Shown here in pieces: positions 1 through 13,670 of a DNA stretch of 64,000 nt; positions within the stretch are counted from its first letter, which is position 1; every line of letters starts with the position of its first letter. The position numbers and the translations under genes are program-made. The notes below the pieces were generated by a model that saw nothing but the letters and a program-made list of their open reading frames with translations, did not search any database and was not told where the DNA came from. This stretch comes from Schmidtea polychroa (lineage: Eukaryota): NCBI GenBank assembly GCA_044892525.1, contig CM097885.1, positions 225,494,001 through 225,558,000 of the forward strand. The letters run 5' to 3'.

Positions 1-198
1 AAAAAATTCATGAAACTGACAAGCTTTTCAAAATATTCTGATGATCTGTCTTTCTGTGCTGGATGATTTTTCTCCAAATACCACTTCAGTTTGTTTGGGA
101 TCCTTTTGCTACAAAACCATGTATTCTTCTTTCGCTTGTTTCATTTACTTTGATTATGAACCTTCTTTTTGAGTAGATTTTATTAAAAACTTGTCCAT
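1..198 (-). pseudogene. 5' remnant of a Buster/Charlie-type hAT transposase, runs off the left edge
   Basis: Manual translation gives MDKFLIK... from 198 and, in another frame, RIPNKLKWYLEKNHPAQKDRSSEYFEKL, resembling the BED-finger motif KPSKLKRHLETKH...EYF of Buster-like transposases. Stops and frameshifts present. Confidence 0.45.
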
Positions 199-672
199 GG
201 CTAATTGAAAAGTACATTTCCTAAGAAACATCAGAAGTATACAGATTGATTGTTATTATTATTATTTTGTTTCTGTTCACATTTAATTTATATATTTGTT
301 TTTTTATTTGATATTTTTTGGCAGTTTTTTTATTGTCTATAAAAGATTTTATTTATTCTGTTTATTGAGTATAAAATAGAATATAAATAAAAGGTTTAAA
401 TTTCTAAACTGTTGAAAATGTTTAGTAATTGTATAAAAACAGATAATAAAAATAATAATAATTAAATAATAATTATGAGATAAATCTAACAATAAATTTA
501 ACTTTAATATAAATATATACTATAATATATCAAATAGTATGTTTGTATGATTCCAGTATGTTGACATTGCTCAGAATGTAAGAAGACATAATAAATGTTC
601 TCCAAAGGTTATTGGAAATTTTGTTTATATAATATATAAATATTGTGAAAATCGTTGAGAATTTTTTTCAAA

Positions 673-675
<3 letters not shown>

Positions 676-748
<73 letters not shown>

Positions 749-756
749 TAATAATA
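676..756. repeat. (AAT)n microsatellite
   Basis: About 27 units read directly; source of the poly-Ile tail of ORF 668..1036. Confidence 0.97.
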
Positions 757-769
757 AAAATATTCTCAC

Positions 770-1064
770 CATTCTTTTAATACTGACATCATTGCATTGC
801 TTATAAATTGAGCTTATATTCTGACGAATTTCATAAAGGGTTTTAAATGCCATCTGTTGTTCGGTGAAAGTAATATCTGGATTATTGTCGTTGTGCTTGT
901 GATTTTCAATTTCTACTTTAAAAATATCTTTTACACTTAGCATTTGACTCATATGTATAGGCAAATTGGCTTGAAGCACTTGAGTAAATTCCGAAACGCT
1001 ACCAAGAATAGTTTCAACCTTTTTGATTTTATCCAAAAGTTCAATAAGATCCTGTCTTGCACAA
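770..1064 (-). CDS. Probable downstream exon of the UBE2O-like gene (low-conservation region)
   Basis: TTTTGTAG acceptor before 1064, GTGAGA donor after 770, open frame CARQDLIELLDKIKKV...SIKRM; its phase-2 start matches the phase-2 end of exon 3730-2793. Intervening exons are possible. Confidence 0.55.
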
Positions 1065-2792
1065 CTACAAAATAGGATATTTTTTGATAAGTTACGTAAT
1101 AAATTTTATACTATGCACACTATAAATAATTATAATTTGTAATTTAGAAATACCCTATTTCAAATTAACCTTTTAATACGTCAAGTATATCAAAATACAA
1201 CATCTTTATCAACCGAAAAATTAGAAAATACATATTATGATTTTATGATTGTATCAAATATTTCACTTTTTCTATTTTGAAAAGTATTTTCACATAAATA
1301 GTATTTTGTTATCAGTTTTATTGAGTATTTTGACAAATTAGTTCCAATGTGAAAGGAATTACAAATTATTAGAAATCTGATTTTATTCAATTTATCACGA
1401 AAATAATAAATTATTCGCTAAAAATACGGGTTATTTTGTTTTTCTAAACTACTTGTCAGCAAGTGATTCTATGAGAAAATATAAAAATTCGAAAGAGACA
1501 AATCCGGAAAATATTAGACTATCGATAGGAATAATTTTACAATAAAAATGTATTATTATAGATAAAATAAGGACGCTTTGGATATTTATTTAATTGTTTG
1601 TTTTAATTTTTAATTTTTAGAAGACTAAATCAATAAATTCAAATTATAAACAAATTTTCTTGAATAACTTATTTCTCATACACAAAATATCGAAACAATG
1701 TACTAATTAAAATAATGAAAGAACTGAAAGATCATAAGTTTCTCTTACCCCCCAAAAAAAAGATCTATAACATGAATGTCAGATGATGGTGTTTGCAAAC
1801 AAAGATAACCAGAAGAGGAAATATAACTCAATATTCTACTTATAATTTAGTAAATTAATAATGATAATAATTATAAAAATAATTAATTTAATATTAATTA
1901 AATAATAAAATAAGGGTGGCTATTAAGTGTGCTCTAATAAATTTTTTTCGTACTCTAATATAAATAAAAGTGAGCTATAAAATATATTAAAAGAGATATA
2001 AAATTAAAAATGATGTGCTCTTAAAATAAAATGTGCCACATAATAAATAAACAAATTTGAAAGGTTTATTAGAAGCTGATTGTATCTGTAGCGCCTTTTT
2101 TTCACGTGGTTTCGATTATCTATTTTGCGATCACGTATAATTAAAATTAAAATAATAGAATTACAATTATAGCTCATTTTAAACATCTCTACTAATTATG
2201 TGATTTTTAAATCATTTTAGAGCACAACAAATATTACCCCATAAAATAATACTACTAGTAACAACAATATTAATAAAGTTAATTTAAATAAAAATAATAA
2301 TCTGAATACATTATTTTCGACTATAATAAACTTTTCGGGGGTAAATAAATAAATAAATTAAATGATGAGTTTTATTTATGCAAACTTTTGTAAATGTTAT
2401 TTTTTTGTACAGAAAAATATATTATTTTTTATTAATATATAGTTTTGATCGGTGTATTATTGAATTATTATTGTATTATTATTTATTTAATTAATTATTT
2501 AATTATTAATTAATTAATTAATTAATTTATGTATCCCCGAGAAGTTTACTTCAGCATTATTTTCTATATAGCAATATATTACTGTATCTCTATTTAAATG
2601 GTTATAATAAATACTAATTAATTATTAGTTAATGATTTTTTTGTATAAAGATAACTTAATCAAATTTTAATTTATGCACATAAATAGAACTAATTATCCT
2701 TTTTATTATGTCAATGATTGACCAAATATCCAGTGGTTTCTTACAATATCAATTTATCAATCATTTGTTGGAAAAATTTATTCAAATCTTAC

Positions 2793-5700
2793 ATTAGCTT
2801 TGATAAATGAAATTCGTCCGATTGATTTGTTTCTATTTCCTCTACAGTTTCCCAAGCAGTAGAATCCGAGTCGGAATTTAGTTCACTGCTTTCATCGCCA
2901 CTGAAATCAAATCCACTTTCGTCGGATGAAACCGAGCCACCACCAATTGCCGATTCAACCGTTAAAAGCAGATCTGTCGGTGACATCGGAAGTTCCTCGC
3001 CATCGGGCCATCGAATAACCAAAAGCCCATCATTCGGTTCCAAACGTGTTACGTAACCAGCTGGATAGTTTTTGTGAGCAATTTCTTGTTTAACAATAAC
3101 TTCCTGTCCCAAAACGAAATGATGCTCATTCAAAGCCGATATGTCGTATACTCCGATTTCTTCAGCCTCGCCAGATTTGATAACACTCGATGACGATTCG
3201 CCATTTGGAACATAATCAAACCACTGAACTTTTGCCACACGGTCTTTCGAATTGGCGGATATAATTGCCCCAAAATTGTGCATTTTCTGATCGAGATTCG
3301 GACTAAGAGGATCGAATTTTTGAATTACAAAATCTCCCGGGAAAAACTCATGTTCGTCTATATTATACATCTGAGGAATCAACTTGGTAGTTGGTATGTT
3401 GTAATTAACTGATCCATCTTGCCAATTGACGTCGACCATACATTTCGTTAACAGAATACCGACAGCGACAAAATTTTGAGGTTTCATTCTTGCCAGTGCT
3501 TCTTTAGTAAGGGTTTTTAAATTATTCGTTCTTTCAATGACTGAGCTTTCTTTCAAATTGTTATGTTTCGAATCTTGTTTCATGTCTGGTTCAATATTTT
3601 GATCGGAATCTGTTGTTTCATCTGAGCTAAAACTGGTTTTCATACTCAGTAAAACCGGTTTACGTTTAGATCGGCTTTTAGAATTGCATAGAACCTTTTT
3701 TCTGGGTTTCACAACAAATCCATTGGAAATCTAAATGTAGGATTTATTGGCTAAATATATTGATTACATATAAAATGTAACATATGTTAACAATGTATTT
3801 CTAAGCAGTAAATTCCAGTAAAAACAAAATATTCACCTGAATATCGTTGAGTTTGTTACTAATAGGTTCCTCTACAATATGATCAATTTCATCATGATGA
3901 TATTCGGGACAATTATTAATTTCACCAAAAAGAAGTTTATATATGACACTATCAACGTTTTCTTCGGATTCCCTGGAAATATGGAGTAAAATACATTAAT
4001 TAGGATGTAAAAATATATTTTTTAATTAAGTCAAATATTATACAATTATGTCATGTAATAAATAGTTTCTTGGTAACTCAACAATATCTCTTCTTTATTA
4101 TTATTATTCAATCTGTATTATAAGGAGCAGATTAATCAACACTAAGTATGCATTTGATCTATTGACAAACCACGAAAAATTTCGGAACATTGAAGATATT
4201 ATCCAATCTAAACGTCTGATATGTAGGAAAATCAAGCATTGTTTGAAAGAATATGGCGAATTACGTTTTTAATATTATATTACCACAAAATTATATGTAT
4301 TTAAAATCAATTTTTATTAAATCATTAATTCAAAGATTTATAAATGAAAATTTTAATTTAATTTAATCCAGTATTTTCAGGATATAGCAAAGTTGGCTAA
4401 AGTAAAAATTTTTGTTGTTAACTTATTACTGTAGTAAAATTTTTTCGATCAATTGAGCCAAGATTCTATGAACATATAAAATGTTATGGTAAATTATTCA
4501 GTATAGAACATAGACTGTGAGTTCATATATACTATGCATTTTATTCGCTTGTTATTCGTAATACTATCAGCAATGTTCTACATTTATCACATTTATATTA
4601 AAATAAATTTCCACAAATCTGAAAAAAACAAATGTGATAATAAATCATTTAGAATTATAATTGTAACATCTCCGTATCTCTATTTTCAATTTCTGTTATC
4701 ATTTATTTTCATATTATGGATCAACATCTTGATTTATATTTAACACAAATTTTCGACTCAGCCTTAATTCGAAATTTTAAATAAATTTTGAATTAGCCGT
4801 TTGATGACATTATGGTTTCAATGTTAACAAAGGGGACATTATGTGGTTGCCATAGTAAGTAGCGTCTTCTTTTATTATCGCTGTAGGCGATAGTTTATTT
4901 ATGGTTGATATCGTAGTACGTGCCTTAACGTACAGTTTCCATAGAAGCCAATGGCCTGTTTTGCGGTTGTCATAGTGACATAACCCTNNNNNNNNNNNNN
5001 NNNNNNNNNNNNNNNNNNNNNNNNNNNNNNNNNNNNNNNNNNNNNNNNNNNNNNNNNNNNNNNNNNNNNNNNNNNNNNNNNNNNNNNNNNNNNNNNNNNN
5101 NNNNNNNNNNNNNNNNNNNNNNNNNNNNNNNNNNNNNNNNNNNNNNNNNNNNNNNNNNNNNNNNCTCAAAAATAATAAAAGTGAAGAAAGAGTGAACCAT
5201 CCACAAAATGTCATAGGCGGGATACAATATGTGGTCAGATATCAGAAAAGGTTAATTAAATTTCGGGATCCCCGGATTTCTAAAACGTCGCGATTTGTAT
5301 TCCATATTACTAGTCAATATATTGGATGTATATTAAAAATAATTAAATTATTACTAAGTAGTCAATAAAATGCCTTTTTTCATAAAAAAATACATAATTA
5401 AATTCTCTATTGAAATAAAATTTCGGTTATTGTCATGAATAATGATAATAACCGAGTTTTCGGTTAATGTCACGTATGTGGATATTAAGCGAGTTTCGGT
5501 TATTATCACGACCCGCTTAATATCATGATTTTTTTTGAACTGTAAGCATGATATTAAGCGGGTTCGCCTGTATATAAATTATGTAACACTTTTATCCACT
5601 AGGTATAACGGTAAAAATACTGAGCGATTCTGTATGTATATTCTAGAATATATGGTTGCCTTTATACTCCTCACTGATCACCACTATCATATATATCAGG

Positions 5701-8700
5701 GGTGCCCACTAATTTTTCTAGGAGAGCTACATTCACATCCAAAATGTGTATGCGATCTACTTTTTTAATACTTACATAATATTTAAACTAAATAAACAAA
5801 ATTAAATTAAACTAAATTAAACTAAATAACATTTTGGAAATGGTGAAATCAAAATTAAAAAATGTTATTTAGTATTACCATAGAAATGGAACACAGAACA
5901 TGAAAATTGGCAAAAAAATTAAGCATAAAACAGAAATTTTATATAAAATCTAAATTTATATAAAAAAATATTTTTTTTATGAAGATCTGCTAAAAATTCC
6001 TTCGCGATCTACCGGTAGATCGCGATCGACCTTATGGGCACCCTGATATATAAACTAGATATCGGATGGTCACCGGGTCATTTGTCAACTGTAAGATAAT
6101 AGATCAAAGGTCAGTTATGTCATTATATATAATAATCATGTACTTCTATAAACTCCCTTGTTTTGGTATTCCACGTGAACATTACTTAATACTATATATA
6201 TATATTCTTCGCTTGTCGCTACTACTGTCCAATTCAATTGGCTAAAAGCACAAAACGACAACAAATTCGATTAAAGTAATACAGGAAGGTTTGATAAAAT
6301 GTATTATCATTAATATCATGTTTCATATATTCAGATTATAATTCATATAAACTCAGCAATTAAGAATAATTATTGAAAATATCAAATAAATGACTTACAA
6401 TTGTAAAATTTTATCATCTTCTGCTATCTGGTAATACCAAACATCACCAACATTCAAGCAATGCCAAGGATACGGGTGGATTGGTTCTAATTTCTCTAAT
6501 TCTTTTCCTTTCAATGTGTGAGCTGGCGATTCCGGAACCACTCCATTTTCATTGTTACTAAACTCAATCAATCAATGAATCCATTGTAGAAATAATTTAT
6601 GTTATTGTTAATAATAATGCATATACAAAAATATAAATATCATAAAAACTTACTACCCGAATACCCATTGCATTTCCGCGGAAGTCGGAATTATTTTTTC
6701 CACGAGTATCTGCACCATTTCTTCTTGTTTTAATTTCATTAACCATTTACTATTGTGCTTCACTGTTTCGGAAAGAAATTTCGCTTTTCGACTTTTCAAT
6801 TCCTGAGCATCACCTTCCAAAACGCAACCTTCGAGAATTACCTCTGGATTCCAAATTGCCGGAAATCTGTTATCAAACTGACTAATCAATGTATCGGGCA
6901 CTTTCATTCTGAACACCAAGAAAATAATGATACTAGTAAGCGCAATTGGATTCTAGTAACCTAGCTCCATCTGCAAATCGGATAATCACTTCCAAATAAG
7001 TTTCTAGAACTTCTCCTAACCAGCTTTCATACGTGTAATTCGTTTCCAGATTTTTCCCCATATATGGCTTTAACATAATATTAATTTAGACTTAATAAAT
7101 TCAAAGTGAAATTATTGTAATTTATCTCAAAAATATTGACTAGAATTGCAAAATTTGGCTTTAATTAGACTTGCTATTTTTTGAAAATGATTATGGTGAG
7201 CTGTTAGATAATCAAGTCGAAATCTTATATGATACAATAAACTCAAGGAATCCAATGGACAAGTCTAAATAATTAAATTCTAGCACTAAAAGATAAACTC
7301 AAGTCAAACGAATTTCTTATTAATAATGTGCACGTGGAATATTTGAAGTTGCCTTTTAGTCGTGATTGGTTATCATAATATAATTAAAATCAAAGAAATT
7401 TCAGATATATTTCAGAAAATCTTCTACTTCGATACCAACAGAATTAAATAGAGAAATTTTTGTTCCTCTAGACTCCAATCTATTATCCGAAGAGCCATTC
7501 TCGACAAAACTCTTTTTAGAACTATGACAATTTACGTTGTCCAATATCTATTCAAAATGAAGCTATTAATTTGCTCTGCCGTGAAAGTTCTTGGAACTCA
7601 ACAATAAAATCATTGACGATGGTGTTAACAGTGGTCAGAAATAAGAAGTGCTCATTAAGTCGATCTCGGATTGAGTTCACGAGGATAAAGTCAAATGGAG
7701 AGGTTGCTATGATTTAAATTAGAATATTAACAGAAATACAAGAAAACATATATCTACTTCATGCGCTTATGGAGGTTACTGAGTGGGAAATTATAGTACC
7801 AAGTGCTTAAAGTGTTTACTTTGTTTAAAAAGAATTAAAGAATGTGGATCCATGAAATGTCAGAGTTTTGTGGATTCATTGTCAACAGTTAAACTTAAAA
7901 CTTGGAATACCATAAAAACGGCATGGAAAACTTTCTTGGTGCATTTCATTTGATAACGCAATTATAACGTGTTCTAAAACTAGTAATTCTGTCCCGTTAA
8001 ACAAATACCGATCCTAACCAATCAAGACAGCATTTCAGAAATATTGCCTGATTTTGAACAAATGAAAATACACATCTAACCGATAATTCACTTTTTGATT
8101 AAGAACGTATTATTAAAGCAATTGCTATCATAGATCATGAAGGTGAGCGAATGAAAAAATAATGGCTGACTTTTTCTGGTAATTTTTGATTTTAAATAGC
8201 GTGTGAATAAAAGAGTTATTTCCTACTAATTAAGTAAAAATAGATCAATACAACTTACTGACACAATGATACCAGCTTATAAGTTGGATTCGTGGCGCTG
8301 TCCCAGATTTATAAAATATTGTTATTTTAATTTTTCTGTTATAAATTAATTTTATTAATCAATTTTTAATTATCAATGTTTTCTTGTAAAATTCAACGAT
8401 CAAATCTTTCAAGTTTAATTTTGGAGCAATATTACAGTTGGGAAATAGAAAGCATTAATGAACTTGAGACTGGAAGTCAATGAAAAATCATGTTATTGGT
8501 ACATTTGGAAACAGCTGAAAAGTTATTCATTAGTCTGATGTTTTCTGACTTGCTTTGAGATTTATTTGGTATTATCTGCTCAGTTATTCCACTATTTCAG
8601 CGAGCTCATTGCCATAGAAAAGATCAGTGAAAGTCAATGTTGAGTGATTTGTTCACTTTAACCTCTTCGCTTAACCTTCTCCGGGAAAAAAGATTCAAAA

Positions 8701-9984
8701 AAGGTCTTATTTTTGTTATTGTCAATAATGAAAGACTAAGTTATAAGGATGTTATCCATAAGAAAATTTTTGTGGGACTCTAATTGGCTGAAATTTATAC
8801 TAGGCTTGTACAGACCGCGTACAAATCCATACGGGATAATCTAAAACGAAACAGAAGCGCAGAATTCCATTTAAATTCAATATGAAGCCTGCCCGTATAT
8901 ATACGGGATAATCCAAAAATCCATATTCAGTTTGTGTATATATATATACGGGTTAAACCGTTAAGAGGTTACATCTGGTGATATAGGCTTATACGATAAC
9001 TCACCATATCGTGATGACCGAAGCTCCTCCGGTGTTGTTAAAATGAATTTTCGCTTACCATTTTTCACATTTTTGCATATTTTTAGGTGATCATTGGAAA
9101 TTTAAACATTTATTTTGATTTTTAGGGCCTGGGTCATTTAGCACTTATATGTTCCTAATTATTTATTATAAATAATCTAATTTAATTTAAATATTCATCC
9201 TTGTTAAACGATTTGCATACCTGAATTTATCATATCTGCAACAAATTAATTACAAAAAATCTTCCATGAGATTAAAGAGTAATCAACCACATTTTAATTT
9301 ATTAATATCGTTTTATTGTGTAATAATGTCACGTTTAGTAATCGATTTTGTTGTGAAATTAAGAGATATAAAATATAATTTTTAGCATCATATACACACA
9401 GATTACTGAAATTTTAAGATAATGTATATTAAACTAAAAACCTCAATCCATTTCATTCGAGAACAATCTACATTCTTTATAATCTTATTTTGACCTAATA
9501 TGACAACATCGGCTTTTAATTTTAAATTAAAGATCGTTCCGACTTTCGTTTTTCCGTCAATGTTCAATTTGACAATATCTGACATTTCAAGGTTTCTATC
9601 ATAAAGATGTAAATTTGACCCAGATATTCCTTCAATATATGTGTTATCATAAACATCATTTATTTGAGATATATGTTTATGAATAAACCATTGAACATTT
9701 ACCTATATATACTGATTTAAAATAAGACACTAAGTTTGAATTACTGTTTCCTTTTGTGGCGGATCATAAAGATTACCTTCACTAGAAGAATCATCATCAT
9801 CTGTATCAATGACATTTTTAGAAGAAATATCAGCATTGTCTTTTACTTCACTATTGTCAATTGGTTTTATTAAAAATGATGGAATAAACGGTTTTTCTTT
9901 TGTTACTGAACCAACAGAACATTTTTTAAGGCTATCATCGGTGAGAATTACTAAATCGTCATAATAAAACTCTTTATTGGCCAT
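2793..9984 (-). CDS. UBE2O: UBE2O-like E2/E3 hybrid ubiquitin ligase, N-terminal and central exons (3'-partial)
   Basis: Phase-consistent GT-AG exons: 9984-9745, 9702-9442, 7067-6961, 6908-6657 (or 6654), 6557-6399, 3972-3837, 3730-2793. Motifs match UBE2O CR1/CR2: VNVQWF, YESWLGEV...IIRFADGAR, VDVNWQDGSVNYNIP, EFFPGDFVIQK, FGAIISANSKDRVAKVQWF, EEIGVYDI, AGYVTRLE...IRWPDG, DSTAWET. UBC domain not in the window. Confidence 0.9.
4988..5164. other. Assembly gap (177 N) inside a UBE2O intron
   Basis: Run of N. Confidence 1.
5420..5570. mobile_element. One end of a Tigger/pogo-like MITE with internal subrepeats
   Basis: Ends ...CATGATATTAAGCGGGTTCGCCTG|TA (reverse complement TA|CAGGCGAACCCGCTTAA, Tigger-like). 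TTTCGGTTA(T/A)TGTCA-like repeats inside. The other end was not found. Confidence 0.4.
5697..6045. mobile_element. hAT MITE
   Basis: TIRs CAGGGGTGCCCA / TGGGCACCCTG, near-perfect 8-bp TSD ATATATAT/ATATATAA, subterminal palindrome CGCGATCTACCGGTAGATCGCG. Confidence 0.8.
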
Positions 9985-10839
9985 TATCTAAATATTTAAA
10001 ATAAAATTAGAAAATTATTTTCTTTAGTTTTTGAAATAAATATTAATATAATATAATATAATAAATGAACTTATAATCATAACATTTTAAAATAATCAAA
10101 TTTTTCTTATATTCAAGTTCGTTATTTAAACAAATATGACTACATAGTTTTGATTAAATTCTTGTGACTTATTGTTTTTAGAAAATAGTTATTTTTACTT
10201 AAACCAATAATGGAATATTTATATATAAATAAATTTTGTTATATATTAAAGCAGTTTATTTTATTAATTTTATTTTATTAGACTGGCTAAGATGGAATAA
10301 CTTAAATGGAAAAACTTACATAAAATTTAACTGCTTTTCGCTTAATTTTTTTCGAATATAATATATTGTAAAAATAAAATCAAAAGAGTCACAAATTATT
10401 TAATAGTATTAAGCTATATAGATTTTATTAATTATATAAATTTTATCATGTTCACTACATTAGTTGTTTAAGAGTTCAAAACTTTCGAGAATGACACTAT
10501 TAGAAGCTGCTAGAACATCTTCTAAATTATTTTTTAAATCTGGTTCAAAAAATAACGTCATAATTCCAATTATTTATTTAATGAAATATTTTATAAATTT
10601 CAAACAAGTTTTCAGCCTTGAATAAAATATTTTCAAAACCATTTATTAAAATTTCGATATTTAAATTATATTTATTTAAAAATTATTTACTAATAAAACA
10701 TCTTATAAAAAACTTATATATTTAAAATTTATCTTTAACAAAATCTCGTCAATTTAAAAATTATTTTAAAAATAATTTTAATAGTTTATTATTTATCATT
10801 TTAAAGTAACTTAATAAATCATTGAAATATTCAATTCTC

Positions 10840-12840
10840 AGCTGAAATCACCTCACATCTCCCTTCTTTAAGAAATTTCTTCATCTTTTCAACATATATC
10901 AATGTAAACTTTTCCCACGCCTCCTCTTCTGTCAGTTTTATAGTCTCTTCCTTCATCTTTGTTATCACAACTTTCGTTCTTTGACATACCTCGCTTTGCC
11001 CAATTGTTTATTTTACTGATGCTTTTATTTCTCCCATATCGTAATTGTCCGCAACATATTTGGTCCCTTTTTCTGCTCCTGTGTGTGATAGCAAAATATG
11101 CATACTCTTTATCATTTCTTGTCTTTTGTCTCTAGGTATCATATCTTACCCTCTATAGTTTACACAACGTTGTCTACCAGTATAAATTTCCAACTAGAAC
11201 CATGTGCTATTTCCCTTTTAATTTGTTCTATTTCTGTATTATCTTTTTGCCACTTATATTCTTCAGCTTTTTCCATCGTATTTATTCTTCAGGTTTTCAT
11301 TCTTTTCACTTTCGCGTCTTTGTGTGCCAATAAACATTGTGTGCATGTTCCTCGTGTACTCCTTGACAACATATCTGCATTTGCATGATCAGTACCTTTT
11401 CCATACTCTATTTTAATATCCAGACTACTGAGGAAATTAATCCATGTCTGAAATTGCTATGTTATTAGTTTCTTTGTGGATAGCCTTATGGTCCGTTCTC
11501 AAAATGAACCGTTTTCCATATAAATAATGATTGAAGTGTTGACAAAAATAATAGATTGCCAACAACTCTTTCCATGTTATGCAATATCTCTTTTCATAAT
11601 TGCTCATTGCATGAGAACCGCATGCTATAACCTTTTCGCACCCGTCGTCGTCTTTCTGTGATAATCGTGTCAAATGTCGCATCAGTATCCAGAATGAATT
11701 CTCTTTCAAAATCTGTAAACCCTAGAATATATAAGGACATTAAAGCATTTTTCATATTTTCGAATGCGATGTTGCATCCGTCAGTCCAAATTAATTTTTT
11801 GCTGTTTAACCCGCATAGCTCTTCTAAAACTCTTGCTTCTTTTTGTGTATTCCTTTATAAATCTTCTGAAGTAATAGCATATTCCTAAGAAGCTTCTCAG
11901 ATTCTTAACACATTTTGGCTTTTAAAATGAGTTAATCGCGTCTAGCTTTAATGGGTCCGCCTGTATTTCATCTCTGTTGATTATGTGACCTAAAGATTTG
12001 ACTTCCTCTTTAGGGATATATCACTTTTCAGCCTTTATCCTATTAAATTTTGTTCAGCACCTCATTTAAAGCTTCGTAATGATGATTGATCGTTTCTGTA
12101 AATATCAAATTATCGTCAAGGTATACTGCTGCATATCTCGTTTCCATTAATACTTATAGCATCAGTTCCTGAAACGTACCTGGTGCCGCTGCAATTCCAA
12201 ATGGCATTCTGTTAAAACAGTATTGCCCTGATTTGGGCAAAAATTCTGTTTTTAACTTTGATTCGTCTTCTAGTTCTACTTGATAATAGGCACCTCCAAG
12301 ATCTTTCGAACTTAAATACTTTGTTCCACCCAATTTATCTAACATTTCTGCTGTATTCGGCATAGGGAACGCCTGTCTATCTGTTACTATGATTAATTGC
12401 CTAAAATCAAGGCTTAATCTGATATCTTGCTTTTCTTTCTTCCAGACGCATGTTAATGGAGTGTTGCAGGGCGAATTACACTTTTCGATAATATTGTTTT
12501 CAAATAAAATTTTTATCGCTTCATCTATTTTACCTTCCAAGTTGACTTGTTGTCTCCAAGGTTTATTATTTATCGGTTTTCCTTGAGTTTCTTTTTTATG
12601 CTTCAACAGCTTCGTGCACCCAATGTCCCATTTATCAGCCATAAAAACATTTTGATTCTTTTTTATAATGTTTAGTAGTTTCGGGTTATTTATCTTTAAA
12701 GTATTCTTTGTTCTTTGAAATCGTTTCATCTCAGCTGTTGTCTTCCCAAATTTGGCATATGTGCTTTTGCCTTGTTTTCTTGACTCTTCTACTGGCCACT
12801 TTAGTTGTCCACCAAATTGTTTTTGCAACTCTATTAAAAT
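10840..12840 (-). mobile_element. Degraded Ty3/Gypsy pol fragment (RT, RNase H, integrase N-terminus)
   Basis: KWDIGCT...RLSLDFRQL...YCFNRMPFGIAAAPGTFQ (12828-12154); RNase H ...YCITWKELLAIYYFCQHFNHYLYGKRFILRTDHKA; His/Cys integrase zinc-finger remnant near 11100-10950. Many frameshifts; no LTRs seen. Confidence 0.9.
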
Positions 12841-13506
12841 TTTTTTAAATTTAGCTTAAATCTGATTAATGTTCAGAAATAATTTTTTTAGTTGAATATA
12901 AAATAAAACATTGTTATTTAATTTACTTGAAATTTATCTAAAATTTGTTATAAATTAATTTAACATCACACACACCTTACAAAAATATAAAATATACAAA
13001 TGTTTTATGTTAGGTTAAAAAATGTTTCATATTTATGAGAAAACCAGTAAGTTCATCTAAACCAATATTTCCAAATAATATTTGTCATTCCCCACCTAAG
13101 TCTATTTAAAATTTTAATATTCCCAGGTAATATATACACGCAATTTATAGTGAAATTGAAGTACAAACAGTGGATCGTGAGATACTGGACAATATATATT
13201 TATGGTGTCCCATATTTCTTATGATAAATTTATGATAAAAACCCTGTAAATTGCAGCAATACATATTTACAATTATAATATGCATGTAGTGCAGATAAAG
13301 TTATATTATAAACCATAGGAGTATAACAGTTTTTTCCTACTACTGAAAGTATGCAAAGTTCAAAAATTTTTGAATAGAAATAACTTTAAATAAAAAAATT
13401 ATTATATAATAAAACAAAACATAAAAAAATAACTGACCTGACATTCATTCAATAATAACAAACATAAAACATAAAAATTTCCAAATAATTAAATATTAAA
13501 AAAAAC

Positions 13507-13670
13507 TTATAGTGCGACTTTCCTAGTTTTAGTTTCAGCGAAATTGTCTAGGATAGCATTATAATTAACTTCGCTTGATTTGGTATTTTCAATGCATAAA
13601 ATTTCCAAGTGCCACAGAGAATCGTTATTTTTGTGTTTGCAAAAGACCTGACAATAAATGCCAGAAGTCT
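13507..13670 (-). pseudogene. hAT transposase C-terminal dimerisation-domain remnant
   Basis: Translates as ...DSLWHLEILCIENTKSSEVNYNAILDNFAETKTRKVAL*, matching the hAT tail LxILSIE...YddiIxxFAxxKxRK. Confidence 0.65.

Noticed and set aside
668-769. Poly-Ile tail of ORF 668..1036 as a membrane protein
   Set aside because: It is read-through past a GT donor into an (AAT)n microsatellite.
4810-5227. Two ORFs spanning the N run
   Set aside because: Open only because N codons do not terminate.
7180-8100. Coding-like plus-strand stretch in UBE2O intron 2
   Set aside because: Many stops and no motif I can assign; possibly an old element.
8658-8972. Possible piggyBac-type MITE (TTAA|CCTCTT ... 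AAGAGG|TTAC)
   Set aside because: Only ~6 bp of inverted match and an imperfect TSD.
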